This document shows, piece by piece, positions 13,810 to 26,423 of a stretch of 64,000 nt of DNA. Location: positions 1 through 64,000 of IMG/VR virus record IMGVR_UViG_3300045125_000168; one strand, written 5' to 3'. The translations under genes and the position numbers were made by a program. Numbering within the stretch: position 1 is the stretch's first letter; the number at the start of each line of letters is the position of its first letter. Under the pieces are notes generated by a model. It ran no database searches and was not told the DNA's origin. It saw only the letters and a program-made list of their open reading frames with translations.

Positions 13810-14328
13810 CTATGACTTACAAGCTAGGGCCGAAATGTAAAACATGCGCAGCGTTGGAAACACTGCGGGTGTCGCGGACGTGATCTTAAATGTTATACCA
13901 AATCGTTTATATCCATCTTCTGACAAAGAAGAATCATAAGCAACCCCAAGATCAACCCCTAAAGACGCGCCTGTAAGAATGTTGGTAATCTTTCTCGTCC
14001 ATAAGGTCGGTTGCGAAAAAACTTCTGTCTTGGGGTCGTCTTCGGCAGCGTTTGAAATAATTTCAAATTGACCGCTCTCATACGATCCGTTTCGCTCTAA
14101 GAGATAACCGAGTAAAAGATAGCGGTAGTCGAAATACCCGAAGCGGTAGGCCAAAGATGGAACTAACACAAAAGACGACATCACGGAGGGTGTCTGAGCA
14201 AGATCATCGATGTTAAGGTTATAACCCGCTATCAGGCTTGGATGTAGAGTGACCTTTTCCAGTTCTCTGTTCGAGGACTTGGCTAAGATATTTTGTAGGG
14301 TTTGTAAATCAATCGTGACCTCTGCCAC
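13810..14328 (-). CDS. Baseplate-associated hypothetical protein
   Basis: 172-aa ORF overlapping the spike stop region (translational coupling). Confidence 0.5.
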   Translation of the reverse strand: MAEVTIDLQTLQNILAKSSNRELEKVTLHPSLIAGYNLNIDDLAQTPSVMSSFVLVPSLAYRFGYFDYRYLLLGYLLERNGSYESGQFEIISNAAEDDPKTEVFSQPTLWTRKITNILTGASLGVDLGVAYDSSLSEDGYKRFGITFKITSATPAVFPTLRMFYISALACKS

Positions 14329-14335
14329 ACTAACC

Positions 14336-15937
14336 TCACGGAGAAAGAGTTATCGTCTTCGATGTTAGTGTTGGAATCTGAGCGATCAGTTGGTTTAACT
14401 GCGTTAGGATTGCAGGGTTGAGCGGGGTCGGAGCACCCATGTTCCCTGTTGTGATGAACATCGAGTTGGTTACAAAAGTATTTATTAGGGTTTGTAACCA
14501 AGTCGAAAGCTGCGTTCCCATCACCATCGGTTCGGCAGGAGTTGCACCTACGGCGACGATAGGAGCTTTCAAATTCATCTGTGCTCCTGCATTCACATCC
14601 ATTAAGGCTGTTGCTGAGAGTTTCATATTGAGCATCGACTCAATCGTCGCATCAAGGTAAGCCTTGACCCCCAACATTCCTTTCGACTCAATTCCAAAAT
14701 TCAAGGTGGATGACATGGAAGTAGAAAGCTGCGAGCTTGTGGAGAGAGACGCTAGACTGTCGATACTGGTTTGCAGGAGCGAGAAAGTTTTGATGTTGGT
14801 CGCGGCAAACGACATTTCAAGACCAGCTTTAACATCATAGTTCCCGAAGGGGACTAGCTGAGTCCAACCTTTCACGGCAGATAGCGAGAGATCCCAGTTG
14901 ACGTTGCCTAGCTCGTCCACTTTGAAACTGGTCCAATCACCAATCGTGGTGTAATAGCGATGCTGCGCCCTGAGATACGCTCCGTTAGGTCCAAAAGTCT
15001 GCAAGCCTTCGTCATTGAACACATGACCTTCGCGGATATCGACAAGGTTGATAGGCGGGATGGTCAAACCGTCTTCGGGGTTGAACAAAGGGTTGCGGAT
15101 AACACGGAGATATTCTTTAGCGTAAGGCCGCATTTTGAATTTGCCCGTCACAGGCGTCAGCGCCTCGGTAGCCGTAGCGACGGCAAACGACGTGAGACCA
15201 AAGCCTGCGGGTATGCCGAGAGGCCCTGCGGGTAAGCTGAAGTCTGGAAATGGATAAAGATGAAAGTTTGGGCTCTTGATGGGCGGGATGGTGAGCGTTT
15301 TAGAAAGCGCAAGCCGTGCAGTAATCCCCGCGATAGCAATAGGCGTCAGCGGCTTTGATCTCCGCACCACACCAAACCGCTCTTCATCCCCAAGAGAGAA
15401 AAGGGGGACGTTGCCACCCGAGGCTTTGTACTCCCAAAGCTGCCTTTGGTGTAAAGGTGCCTTTTGGCCGATCTCGGCTCGGTCCTGGTCAAGCCAAGAG
15501 CGCAAAACCCCGGCTCGCATCTCCAGCAGCGGTCTTTGTCCATAATAGGATTGAGCCATCCCTGACGAATGAATTTCGTGCTCGCTCTGGAAGCAAAGGT
15601 CGATAAAGGGTTTTTTTGCGCTTGTACCCTTCGATCTTTTTATCTGGTCGTTCGTCAAGATACCTCAGGAAGACAAGATCCTTGTTGTCGGACCTATAGG
15701 CTAAGAGTGCCTGCTGCCCGCTTTCAGGGATGCTTCTGATCCAAGAGGTCTTGGAGTCAAACGGCATGGGAAGCGAGAGGTCGCGTTCCCGTTGGCAAAA
15801 ACCACGCGCACCGACTGCGTTTCGCCTGAGGCTGAGTCCACCAGACCTTGAAATATGCCAGCGTCTGCAATCCCGTTACCTGTTTTATCGGCAGAACGGG
15901 ACGAGATCGTGTTCATTTTCTGACGCCAATCAATCAT
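14336..15937 (-). CDS. Central spike (gp5/VgrG/GpV-like) protein, frameshifted near the N-terminus
   Basis: The N-terminal piece (GIFQGLVDSASGETQSVRV) resembles an OB fold. The C-terminus has beta-strand repeats (MKLSATALMDVNAGAQMNLKAPIVAVG) followed by the typical EPMVMGTQL-x-x-WL...QLNQL..S motif. Confidence 0.7.
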
Positions 15938-15952
15938 AAGTATCCCAAGCTC

Positions 15953-18644
15953 CTAGTCCGAATCGTCGGGCAGGTTGTCGAACCCAGCGGCTTCCATCAA
16001 TTTCGGTGTGCAAGGCTCAACTGGGGGAGGAATCACAGAGTTTGCGTTCTTGTTTCCAGGAATCGCTCCTGCGCCTGTCACTTTAGGCACGTCTTTCGGG
16101 TTGAATCCTCTTCGGGAAAGTAACGCTGGGTGATGTGCTTCCAAACTTCCTGCAAATACCCGTCACCGTATTTTTTAAGGTATTCCGAGCGTCTTTCAAA
16201 GAAATCCATTCTTTGGGTTTTTCAAAATGGTATCCATCGTAGAAGCTACGGAAGTTCCCTCCCACACAAGGTCTAGGCCAAGTTCTTGTTGAATTGCGTT
16301 GACCCTTGCTAACACGGCTCGCTCGCTTGGTAGGGCGGCAGACTTGTCCACTACGGGAGCAACGTCTACGGCGAGACCGTACTGGTGCCAACTCTTGAAG
16401 GCTTCTGCGTTGGTTCCTGTACCCTCCGCACTGTTGAAAATCGCTTGCTGCCTCTCTGGGGAGCGAAAGGTCTCTCGCACTGAAATGTTAAGCTCCCTGC
16501 CGTTTGCACTCGGCTAAAAGCGCCTCGATCTTTTTGCGGAACGGTGGATACAGCTTGTCGAACCCATTTTTCAGCGGGCGGATTCGTGACTCGCTCCCGC
16601 ACCTGCTGCGAGGAGAGAGGTTTTTCCGGTTCAGTCGGTGACGCACCGCTTTTCTTGCTGACGTTGTTAGTTGCAGGGGAGTGAACACCAGAAGTCGGCT
16701 CGGCAGCATCGACGCCCGTCTCTTTGTCGCCTTTGTTTCCCCATAACGTCGCATAAGAGATCGGTGTGTTCACTGCTCCTGTCAGTAGCCTAAAGCTGCT
16801 GTTACCGTCTTTGCCGATGCGTTCGGCCATTAGGTTATTGAGGGCGATCGACACCCCTGCATCTTTACCGATGGACCAAGAGTAGGTCACTGCGGTGATG
16901 TTGCCGATGCGGTTCGACCTGAGCAGATGAATTGGACGGTTGGGAAACAGGAAAGGGCGATAAGCCAGGGTTCCTTCCCAAGTGGACGAGTTGGCAAGCC
17001 GCTTGGTGTATTCGATCATACCGAGTCGTGATAGGCGCTGAGGTCAGGGAACCTGCGATCTCCGAGGCTGTTTGGCCTGCAAACGGATAATCGACCGATT
17101 CAACGATCACACCATAGCGAGCCGCCAGTGCAGGTGAATATATAAAAGACCTTGGTGGCGAGTCACCGTCTTGGACGTTACCTTCACCTGTAGAGTTTCC
17201 CACTCACCATGAGCACCGTGGGAAAATCCTCTCCTTCGTCGTTCAGGGTTTCCTCTTTTTGGTGGTGCCCGAACGTAAAAATATTTTGAAGGCCCTTTTT
17301 CGATTTGGGATCTTCTTGTTGGTTTTTCCCGTGGTTTGTGAAAGCTGACGGAGTAAACCCTGCACATCGGGAACTCCACCAGAAGATCACCAGAGGGCGA
17401 CGTCAGGACTTGGAAGTCGAGCTTTTCTGTGAAAGATTTGATGATCTCCCAGCGTGTCGTAAACTCAGCGGCTGTTGGTCCATCTGCCGTTGTGGACTCA
17501 ATCAGCGACGAGGCCCCTGTCCCCCCGATGGGCAAAAGGAAGTGTAAATACCTCGCGTCAGGCCCACGGTACGTTCGGCTAGGGTGCCAAATGGTTTCTG
17601 CCCCGAGCTTATTCATTTGCTGCGTTGTCAGCCAAAGATTGTTCTTGGCAATGTTCTCATCAGGGAAGGGGACTCGATTGCACCCAAACATGGTCATTAG
17701 GTGCCACCGCTCCAACCAGTTCCCAGGGTTTTCGGGGTCATAGCAGACCACGTTGCCAAGAGAAAATTGACCGACACACCTTTTGGGCTAGGTTCTTATT
17801 ACTGAGGCTTGCGGAAGAGTCCTTCGCCTTGGCGTCGAACCCTTCTCCAATCACATCCCCCAGTACAAGCTCCCTAATGGTATCTTGCAAGGATGCTTTT
17901 GCGAAGGGTTGACTTAAAATTCCTGAGCGAGCGTAATCGGCAAAAAAGCCAGAGTCGAAAAAGAGGTCACCCGATATTTGATTCTGGTAGGCGTTCGATG
18001 CGACCCGCATCTTGGTCATCATGTGTCTGATGCCAATAAAGCCGAAATGCGATTCAAAGGAACTGCCATAACGTTATAGTAAGTACCGTTGTGACGGGAT
18101 GGTCGTGGACAACACCGCAAAAGACCCCGATCCACTCGTACGCCTGGTCGGTCGCAAAGGGTTTCGCACAAAAGATGCGAATCGGGTCGTGCTTATTAAA
18201 GCTACAGTCATTGACGCAGAAACGGTACTTTCTCTACGTCGTCGGTAGGAGCCGTGAACTGAACACTGCCCGAAAAGTCCACCGAGATTGAACCTGGTTT
18301 TTTAAGACCGTGAGAGGTTCTGGTCGTTTGAAGGCTGATACTCTTGGTTAGATGTCAGTCTTTTAATTTAAAAACGTTTCTTTTAAGGGCTTCTGAGTAT
18401 TCGGCCCCCGCCATTCTAAACCCTTGCCGTTAGGGTCGGTGAGGTTTTCGCGAGTAAGCTGCCAAATTCGGTGAGGTTGGCAATTTCAAGGCTTGCGGTG
18501 TTGAAGGAGTCTCGGTTGCCGTAGCCACACTGACGGACCCCGCAACCAAGGGCCTACGTCTACCCCAAAAATAAATACTTTGATTCGATGCCGATAGGCA
18601 CAGAACCGCCGTTCTCTGAAATTGTAAATGTCTGACATGGGCAT
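15953..18644 (-). CDS. Baseplate hub-like protein with C-terminal M15-family peptidoglycan peptidase (tail-associated lysin); multiple frameshifts
   Basis: Collinear pieces 18486..18761, 17738..18022, 17107..17751, 16865..17203 and 16366..17019 lead to FDKLYPPFRKKIEALL...RETFRSPERQ...SWHQYGLAVD...WGGNF..FYDGYHFE, which has M15C Zn ligands H, D, H. Confidence 0.7.
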
Positions 18645-18672
18645 AGTACCAACAATCTGAATCTTGCAGGGT

Positions 18673-19327
18673 TCAAAGATCGTCCAGTTCTTTGCGGAAT
18701 TATTTCTTCGGACGAGGCAATTTGAGAAATTCAACGCGGTCGCCGATACCGAGAGTCCCAAAGCCGTTCACGGATTATGGCCGAGATCGAGCGTGCGTCG
18801 GTTATTCGACCTGCGCACGGGCGAGGTCGGCTTTGTCTTTCCAACGCAGGCGAAGCGAGCTTGGTAATCACTCAAGTCCCTCTGCGGAAGCTATCTTAAC
18901 TTTTTTCCAAAAAGAGGCGGTCCTAGCTCTTTTTTACCCATCGAGGAAGTAACCATGATTTTTGGAAAAGAGCAAATCGCATTCGCGTCCTTTGGTGCGT
19001 GAGCTTGATGATGTCTCGCTTCGGGCTCGTGCACGGCAGATGCTTTCCGGCATCTTGAACCCGTGCTCCTCAAAATGTGCAGGCGAGCCTGTCCATATCA
19101 TCCGGTGCGATGACAAAAATCCAAATCCTGAGTCGCCCTTGGTTTGGCTTTCCTCCGCGAGAGCAAGACCTCCGACCAGGACATGCCGTTCTCTTTGCCA
19201 ACACATCTAACACGACGTTCAAAAAGCCGATGCAGTGGTAACGCAGGAGCCAGCCCCTAGAACTTGCAGACAATTCTAGGCTCTCAGATATACCTTTCAG
19301 TGTTTTCACTTTTTCGAGCCAACTCAT
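18673..19327 (-). CDS. Nucleotidyltransferase (AbiEii/DUF1814/MenT-like fold), frameshifted
   Basis: Joining frames gives HVLVGGLAL...KPRATQDLDF, the hGG-x-A...R-x-T-x-DhD NTase motif. The N-terminus is MSWLEKV. Confidence 0.7.
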
Positions 19328-19351
19328 AGCCTTACTCTTTTCTCACCGAAT

Positions 19352-19460
19352 CTTGTCGTCGGTATGTCGTCGGACAAGCGGAACACCCGAAGCAGGTAAA
19401 AAATACTGTAACCAACCAATATCACAAATTATATTCAGCCTTGTTGTCGGTATGTCGTCG
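19352..19460. repeat. Two 21-bp direct repeats, 88-bp period, upstream of the NTase gene
   Basis: cttgtcgtcggtatgtcgtcg (19352..19372) and cttgttgtcggtatgtcgtcg (19440..19460), 20/21 identical. Confidence 0.85.
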
Positions 19461-19543
19461 CAAAATCCCACCCTCTGCTTTTTCCGGTCAATTACATCAA
19501 AAACTTGAGGGCAGGATCGTCTTATGAAGACCCATTTATCCGG

Positions 19544-20079
19544 CTAATTAACTAAGGCGCGTAACCGCGCACGAGTGGAATCATGTTGGAGAGATTGAAC
19601 TCGGCGAGTCAGCAGGGCCGTGATGCTCCGATGCAACCAGGGTGAGATGCTCCCGTTCTCGGGTAAAACTCCAAGGGTCGGGATGCCCAACTGCTTGGCG
19701 TAAAGTAACTCTTGCCCCGTTTCACCACCGAAGCTCGGGCGAGTGAGATCAGTCACAATTAAATTTGCTCGCACAAGGAACCAAAGGTGCCTAAAGAGCA
19801 AATAGTAGGGCTCACCCTGATCGCCTGATAAAATAAAACGGGCAACATTTTCATACGGCAGCAACAACTCTTCTGGGATCGAAAGCACCGAGCATAGGCT
19901 TTTGGCTGCTTTCTTTTCGAGAGCATTAATAAACGGCAGGTCCGGTTTACCAAACTGAGAACCGACCAGTTCGCCTGGCTGTAGACGAGATAACCGAGGA
20001 ACACAGTGCCCTCACGCAAAGGCCCCACCCATTGCGGGATGTCTTGGAAGTTGACCACGGGATAAGAAAAATAGATCAA
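19544..20079 (-). CDS. Nucleoside 2-deoxyribosyltransferase-like (NDT fold) protein, one frameshift
   Basis: MIYFSYPV start; HLWFLVRANLIVTDLTRPSFGGETGQELLYAKQLGIP matches the NDT pattern D-x-x-x-x-x-x-A...S-x-G..E-x-x-YA...G-x-P. Confidence 0.55.
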
Positions 20080-20330
20080 AGGACGAAACTTGTTTGGTGC
20101 ACTCTGAGCGAAAATTGCGGTTGTTCCGGCTTAGTATCGACCGCCGTTTTCTCGAAACCCGCAAACTTCGCAGACTCTTCTTCTTTTGATTTTTCGTTAT
20201 TTTGTTCATGAGTCATACGTTCCACTTCACTTCGCATATTCGCCAAGGTCTGTTGAATCTGGTCGTTTGCCTTATCCATCATTTGTTTTGATGAATGCCT
20301 GGGGGTTTTCTTGGTCAAAGTAGCTCATTT

Positions 20331-21400
20331 TTACCTAACATTCGTGTGGATGGTTGCAAGTAAATGACTGATCCTCAGGCGAGTCTTCGTCTCGACGGGT
20401 TCCGTGAGTTTCATCTGCGAAACGTGTGGCAACCTGTTCGGGCTCAAACCACAGGCGTTCCATCTCTGCTCTAAGAATATTTTTTTGCAAATCTTCCAGG
20501 CAAACAAGTTGGTCATCTTGTAAGCGGTGGCCAATTTTGTGATTTTGCCCACATTTCTGAGAAGCTCGTCGGCATCGAACTTTGGCCGTTCAATCCCAAG
20601 GTCTTGAATCAGATACTCAAGAATAGCTCCGACATGATCGACGCTTTCTGGAGAGTGCGAGATCGGTGCTCATGTCTTCAATCAAGAGTTGAGTCACGGC
20701 CTCTTTGATGCTCGGGACACTTGCTTTGATTTGTTCGACATAGGGTTTCACGGCTCCAAAAAGCTCGTCCCCTGGTCTTTGGTCTTCGATGGGAAGGGTC
20801 ATAGGGAAGTCCTCAAAGGGCCAATTTTCATCGAGGTCAAATATTCCTTAATTAAAGAACTGCCCTCTTTGATATTCCAGTTGGTGGCGATGAGGTGACT
20901 GTAGATCTTTTCACCGACTTCAATAAGGCCATCTACGCGCTCGACTCCCGCCTCGATCGGCGAGAGGACGCTTGATATAACAGACTTCCGAACCCCATCC
21001 CGCAACTGGTTTAGGGGCTCGAAATACTGTTTATTCACCCAGGTAGTAGATTCTTTGAGATGAGTATGCCAGCGCACTTGCAAGAAGTAAAGATCTGTAT
21101 TCAACTCTTGCACTCGGTCCAGTGTGTGCTGGAGCCACGGCCATAATTTTGATCTGTTGCTGGAAGTCTTCATGGCGATGTGATCTTGGAAACGAAGATC
21201 GCCTTTGCTTGACGAGGAGATCACCCGCAGTTCTTTAAACTCCTGTTCAAAGTGCGGTGGAATCTCAAACGCAGGATCTTCCCGAAGCGGTGTGAGAAAC
21301 CGTTTCACCAGGACAGGATCAGCAGCATTTCTTGGATAAGGTTCACGAAAAATCCTTTTCTCAGGCGCTTATGATTGGTATGGCCTCAACGCTGAGGTTG
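20331..21400 (-). CDS. Two coupled hypothetical phage proteins (about 20799..21400 and 20331..20802), frameshifted
   Basis: Overlapping ORFs with an ATGA overlap at 20799-20802. Confidence 0.4.
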
Positions 21401-22513
21401 GCATCGTTGGTCAGATAAAAATCGGACGTCAGATAAATGTCCTCACCGATTTTCGGCTCAAAGCCTAGCTCTTGTTGCCAAAGGGTGTAACCCCCGTGAG
21501 CGTAGTAACCTTGAGCCGCCTCGTAGAAAGAACTGATTTTGTTTGGAAGCCAGAAAACAGTTTTTTTCCAAACTGACTTGCAATCGAGTATTCTTTCGGA
21601 TTCTCAAAATCCTTGCGGAGCAAAGCACTGAGGGGATTGTCTCCGAGCATCGCGGCTCGTCCTGTGTGCATACTCACAATCAAAACACCCGACTGCCTCA
21701 GTCTTCCCTCTCGCATATTGAGTATGAGGGCCATCAAACCCAAATTAGACATCAGATAGTTCCTCGATCAAAGCCTCGGCAGCGGTGATCGCGTCACGAG
21801 CCATGATATTCCAGTTAGCCTCGTGCCCATCCCAACTGCGCTCGTTGTCAAGCATCCCCTGCATGAGGTGCAGCGAAAAATACTCCAACTAGTGAGCTTC
21901 ACTGCTTCTTCTGCGGCTCTTGTCTGTTTTTTCCGAAAAGGATTTCATTTGAGTAGTTTCTTCCGAGAGTTCCAAAATCTTCGATATCGCTCAAGGTAAA
22001 ACTCCTTTCACCGACGCCAGAAGGTTGGCTCATGCAGGTAGTGCTGCTGCCTTAGAATTGCGAGAAAACTCTTTTATCTGTCCACTCCATGATCGTCAGA
22101 TTTCGGTCGCGGTAGTGATACTTGATATTATTGGAAGGCCCACCCTCTTTTCCAAAGGTCCAAAAAATACAATAGGGCTCGGGTTTAAACGACCAGTGTT
22201 CAGTGCAAACCTTTTTTCAAACTTGAGCCTGTAAAGAAGCTCTTGCTTCAGAGTCCCTCGATAAATAATCAGGTACACATCTTTGCAAAGCCGAATGGTC
22301 TTCGGATCATGAGGCCGATAAAATGAAACACCTGCATCTTTGGCGACGGGTTGCGACCAAAAATAAAAACAGTCCAGGCTCTTTAGACACACCCCAGGCG
22401 TAGTCATTCGGCCACACGTCTTCCAGCGTGGGGTCGGTAGCTAAAGGATTTCTGACATTGAAGGTCGAACGCTTCAAACCAAGCCTCAAACTTCTCGTGC
22501 TACTCGTTTAAAA

Positions 22514-23754
22514 TTAGTACGCGAGGTCAAATATCGATTGGACCCAAGGCCCAAGCACACCCTTTGCCGCGTGGTGGGCATCGACGGGTCTTGGTGCGTC
22601 CACCACCTAATCCACACCTATCTCCAGCCTCTTGAGACCTGTTTGCGCTCAGGTGATTGTTAAACTCCTCAAGAAACTTGATGTTGACGTAGACCTCTTC
22701 ATCTTTTTCAAAGGGAGATCGAACTCAAAAGAGGCTTGCCCCAAATACTGGGTGACCTGCTTCGCTCTGAGGGTTTCGACGCGCAAGTAGACTTCCCGTT
22801 GCTGGTTGACCCTACCAGACACACGACGGGGAGATCTTCTTTACTGGCTAAGTGCGCCGTTACTTACAAAAGGAGTCAGTTCAGAGATCGCGCTCTTGAG
22901 AGTCGTGGTTGGGACTGTCACCTTTGTACGAAGGTGATTGATCGATCACCTGGAACAGTTCCGACAAATCGACTTTTGCTGCGGGTTTTAACTGATTAGG
23001 CATCCAAATGTTGGTGCGCATGTGATACACGCGCCACATCGCTTCCGTGTAGCACAAAAGAAACTGTTGTTTTCTTGCTCGTCTAAGGTCTCCAAAGCCG
23101 CAAGCAAATGACTTGGATTGATGTAAAAGTCGATTTCTTCTTTTGGGGTAACGATAAGGTTTTTACGACCGCAGCGCCTGCGACCTGATCGCGGGACTCA
23201 AAATGAAGGGTTCCATCTTTTAAGTAAATGCGAACAGGCCGCTTCAGGGCATTGGTGTCATGATGCTGCCCATACAGATGAGCAGACAACGCGGTTTTAA
23301 AGTCTTTGATGGGGAAACTGGTAGGCTAGGTCTACAGTTGTTTCCTGGGGCCTACAGGTTTCAATCTCCGCTTCGATATCGGGAATGGAAGCGTACACTT
23401 TCCCACGCAGGGTTCCGCTCTCGAAAACTAATGGTCGAGTTCCTATCTTTGTCGATGATCTCGATCTCAACTTCTTTTCCTGAAAATTTTAACGATTGCA
23501 AAGTTTCCAGATCGAGGGCTTTACGGTACTCCTTCGGTGCTCTCGGGAAGGCTCAAAACTTTGAGCGAGTCGAACGTATAGGTCTAAGAATGCTCCGTTT
23601 AGACTAAACTCTAGCTTGACCTCACCCTTGGCAGGAAACACACGAAAAGGCAGGCTGCGTGGGCAGTACACCGAACATTAGAACTCGCTTGAGACACGGC
23701 CCTTACGAGTTTTAGGACTCGCTGCCACTCGGACGTTGAGACAGAAAAGCGCAT
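22514..23754 (-). CDS. dnaN: DNA polymerase III beta (sliding clamp)-like protein, heavily frameshifted
   Basis: GGAGAGG SD then MRFSVSTSEWQRVLKLV, like the beta-clamp N-terminus. The alpha/beta unit recurs (FPIKDFKTAL; VPTTTLKSAISEL; YINPSHLLAAL; YVNIKFLEEF). About 410 aa, directly downstream of DnaB. Confidence 0.55.
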
Positions 23755-23845
23755 CGACCTCTCCACTTAAACAGTATCATCGTCTACTCGGTGCCCACGC
23801 AGCAGTGACACCGCTTTGCGAGCAGGAACCTTGACTTTGCAAAGT

Positions 23846-25380
23846 CTACGGCTTCATCTTGGATCTTGTTGCTTGTATTCGCTCTTCTTTATCTATAGCG
23901 GGGCTCGCCTCAAATTGCACCACTTTTTCTTTAGCAGAAGACGGAACAAGAAGAGCCTGACTACGGGCAAGGCTATTCAAAATCTCGTTATAATCGTCTT
24001 CGGAAGGCCATTCAGTGCGGTCCTCCTGCCCAGGGTCTCGAAACTGCGCGATGTCAAAACGCTCGACCAACCTCGAAATCATAGACTGGTGCGTTACGGG
24101 CCTTAATTTGTCGCACCGCAATCTTGCGCTCCAACCGTGAGGCATCATCACGCACCCAGCCCATCACAAAGTTTGCATGGTCTTTGATGCCCTTAGAGTA
24201 GCGCAGATTGTAGTTGTCATCTAACTGCGCCAAAAGATAGACTACACAGTTGAGCTTGTTGGCAAGGAGCTTGGCATCCTTGGCAATGTCTCCCAACTGC
24301 TGCCACTGTGCCTCAGCAGAAGAGCCCTTAGCCTGAGTCAAAAGGTTGATATAGTCTAAAATTAAGGAATCCGGTTTTAAGGATTTGCACCTAAAGCCAA
24401 TCTCAGCCACGCTCGTTTCAGACTTGGGGCAGATCACGGTGAAGCTCGCGTTCATAGTCAAACCGTGTGCTATGAACTCGCGATAAGCCAAGTCAATCCT
24501 CTGACGCTCATGCTCAGTCAAACGGTTATTCAGAATTTTAACCATCTCAACTTCCGAAAGACAGGCGAGAAGTCGAATCATGACCTCATCTTCACTCATT
24601 TCGTAAGAGGCGAGCACGACTTTGTAACCGAGTCGATATTGGCGCACCATGAGGTTCAAAGCGTAGAGGGATTTACCACCCCCGGAGTTAGCCGCAATCA
24701 CGACAAGGTTTGTTCGGTTATGACCGCCTGTGCGTTCATCGAACTCCCTGAAGCCTGTCTTAATCATCGACCGCTCAAACCCACCGTTTAAAATCCGGTG
24801 ATAGCTATCCTCTGCGGCCTGATTGTAACCTAAGCCAGCGTGACTTGCCCTTGCAGATCTTCCGAGTCGTCGATCTTTAAAATCGATTCCCAAGTTGATC
24901 GGCAATATCCCGCAGAAGAGCTTGGGGGTCATGGCTCTCGATCAGAGTGTTGGAGGCTTTCTGAGTCGCCATCACCATGGAGCGCGACTTAGCAAGCACG
25001 GAGAGCTTATTCAAAAGAAGGGTAACATCCCCTTCGGATTCTAAGAGGGATAAACCTTCTGCTACCTGAAGAAAGCTATTTTTGATAACATCAGATATCT
25101 TAGAATCAGACAAAACAAAGGACAGCGTTGGAAGCTCCAGGGAGGTGGAACCTGCCAATAGTTGCGTGAGACGTTTGTAAATTGCTTTGGAAGTCGGATG
25201 ATAAAAGTAATCCGGTTTGCAGGCGGAAAAAGGTCAGCGGCAAAGCGTGACCCAGGAGTCAGGATCTCCTTGATCGCTTGCACTTCAGCTTGTAGATCAA
25301 CAAGTGCTGAACCCACTTCCGCCTCAAAAAATCAAAATATAAATTTTAGAAATGCTCTCGATGATTGTTCACGAAATGAG
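23846..25380 (-). CDS. dnaB: Replicative DnaB-like helicase, frameshifted; start approximate
   Basis: Walker A AANSGGGKS; SYEMSEDE; Walker B LILDYINL; LLANKLNCVVYLLAQL; YSKGIKDHA; IKARNA. Confidence 0.9.
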
Positions 25381-25569
25381 GGCTTCTGCCAAGCCCCTAG
25401 CAAGATTTTTTAGGATGTCTTATGGAATCTATTAACCTTGACAGTTGTGACCAACTATGCGGACTGGCCTCAAGCTCAATATTCTCTCTGCTTATTCTCG
25501 GGCTGATTTTTATATTTTTAACCAAATCCTGAAGAATAGATACTTTCCATTTCCCATAGGAGAAACGAC

Positions 25570-26420
25570 ATGGCAAAGCCTTGCCGATACTCCCATGCCC
25601 CTGACATTGACCTCATGCTCAAAAAAGGAATCGCGAATCTAGGCGCACCTTGGAGTTGGGTTGGGATGATGCGTTATCAGCGCCTACGTGACCGCGTAGT
25701 TCAGTTAATTTCTGATGGCGAATCCCAACTCGACTTTTACTCAGAACAGGACTTCTTAGTAGCCGTGGAAAGCGCGGTGGACCAAGTGCTCAATCCCTAC
25801 CAAAACCGTTTGACGCTCATGGCCTACGGACTTCTCTTAGGGTCGGTGTGTGTCAACGCCTACCTTAGTGACCTTGGTATCGGACGTGCCTGCCATGTCT
25901 GCCTTTGTGGCAACTCTAGGCGGCACCCTCTCTGGGGCGCTGGGGTTTCAAGTCTTAGCTCGGTTACAAGCCTGGGCCAAACAGCTATCGTCCAACGGGG
26001 GATCGCTGAAGACCGAACAAATCCCCTTCAACGCTCACTGCCTTGATATCTGGCGTATCAGCCAACAGGTGAAAAATGACCTTTCACGGGACGGTCGCAA
26101 CATTCGCAAGGACGCTTGGCTGCAACTCAACGCACGGTTTGAAAAGGCTTTGACCCTACCCGATCCTGATGCTTACGAGGCTTTGGCTGATGCCTTGGTC
26201 GATCACCGTCAGACTTTTGGGGAAGTTGCCCTCGACTTCTGGTTGGTCCGAGAATTTCATCGCAACCTTAAGGTGCGGTTTTGCACTCCGAAGCAACCGA
26301 AGCGATCAAAAAAGTTTGCGCGAGACCGCTCCCATCCATGGCCTGCCCTTGGACCAAATGGAACGTATGGTGGATCAGATTTTTTCGGGAGCTTAAGAAC
26401 TAATACAAACGGAAAACCAG
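25570..26420 (+). CDS. Hypothetical protein (ORFs 25570..26046 and 25850..26503 likely joined by a frameshift)
   Basis: GGAG SD before ATG 25570; overlapping ORFs. Confidence 0.4.
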
Positions 26421-26423
26421 ATC

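Noticed and set aside
22736-22999. Plus-strand HNH-like ORF (RGWDCHLC)
   Set aside because: It lacks the downstream HNH residues and lies antisense to the continuous DnaN-like reading on the minus strand.
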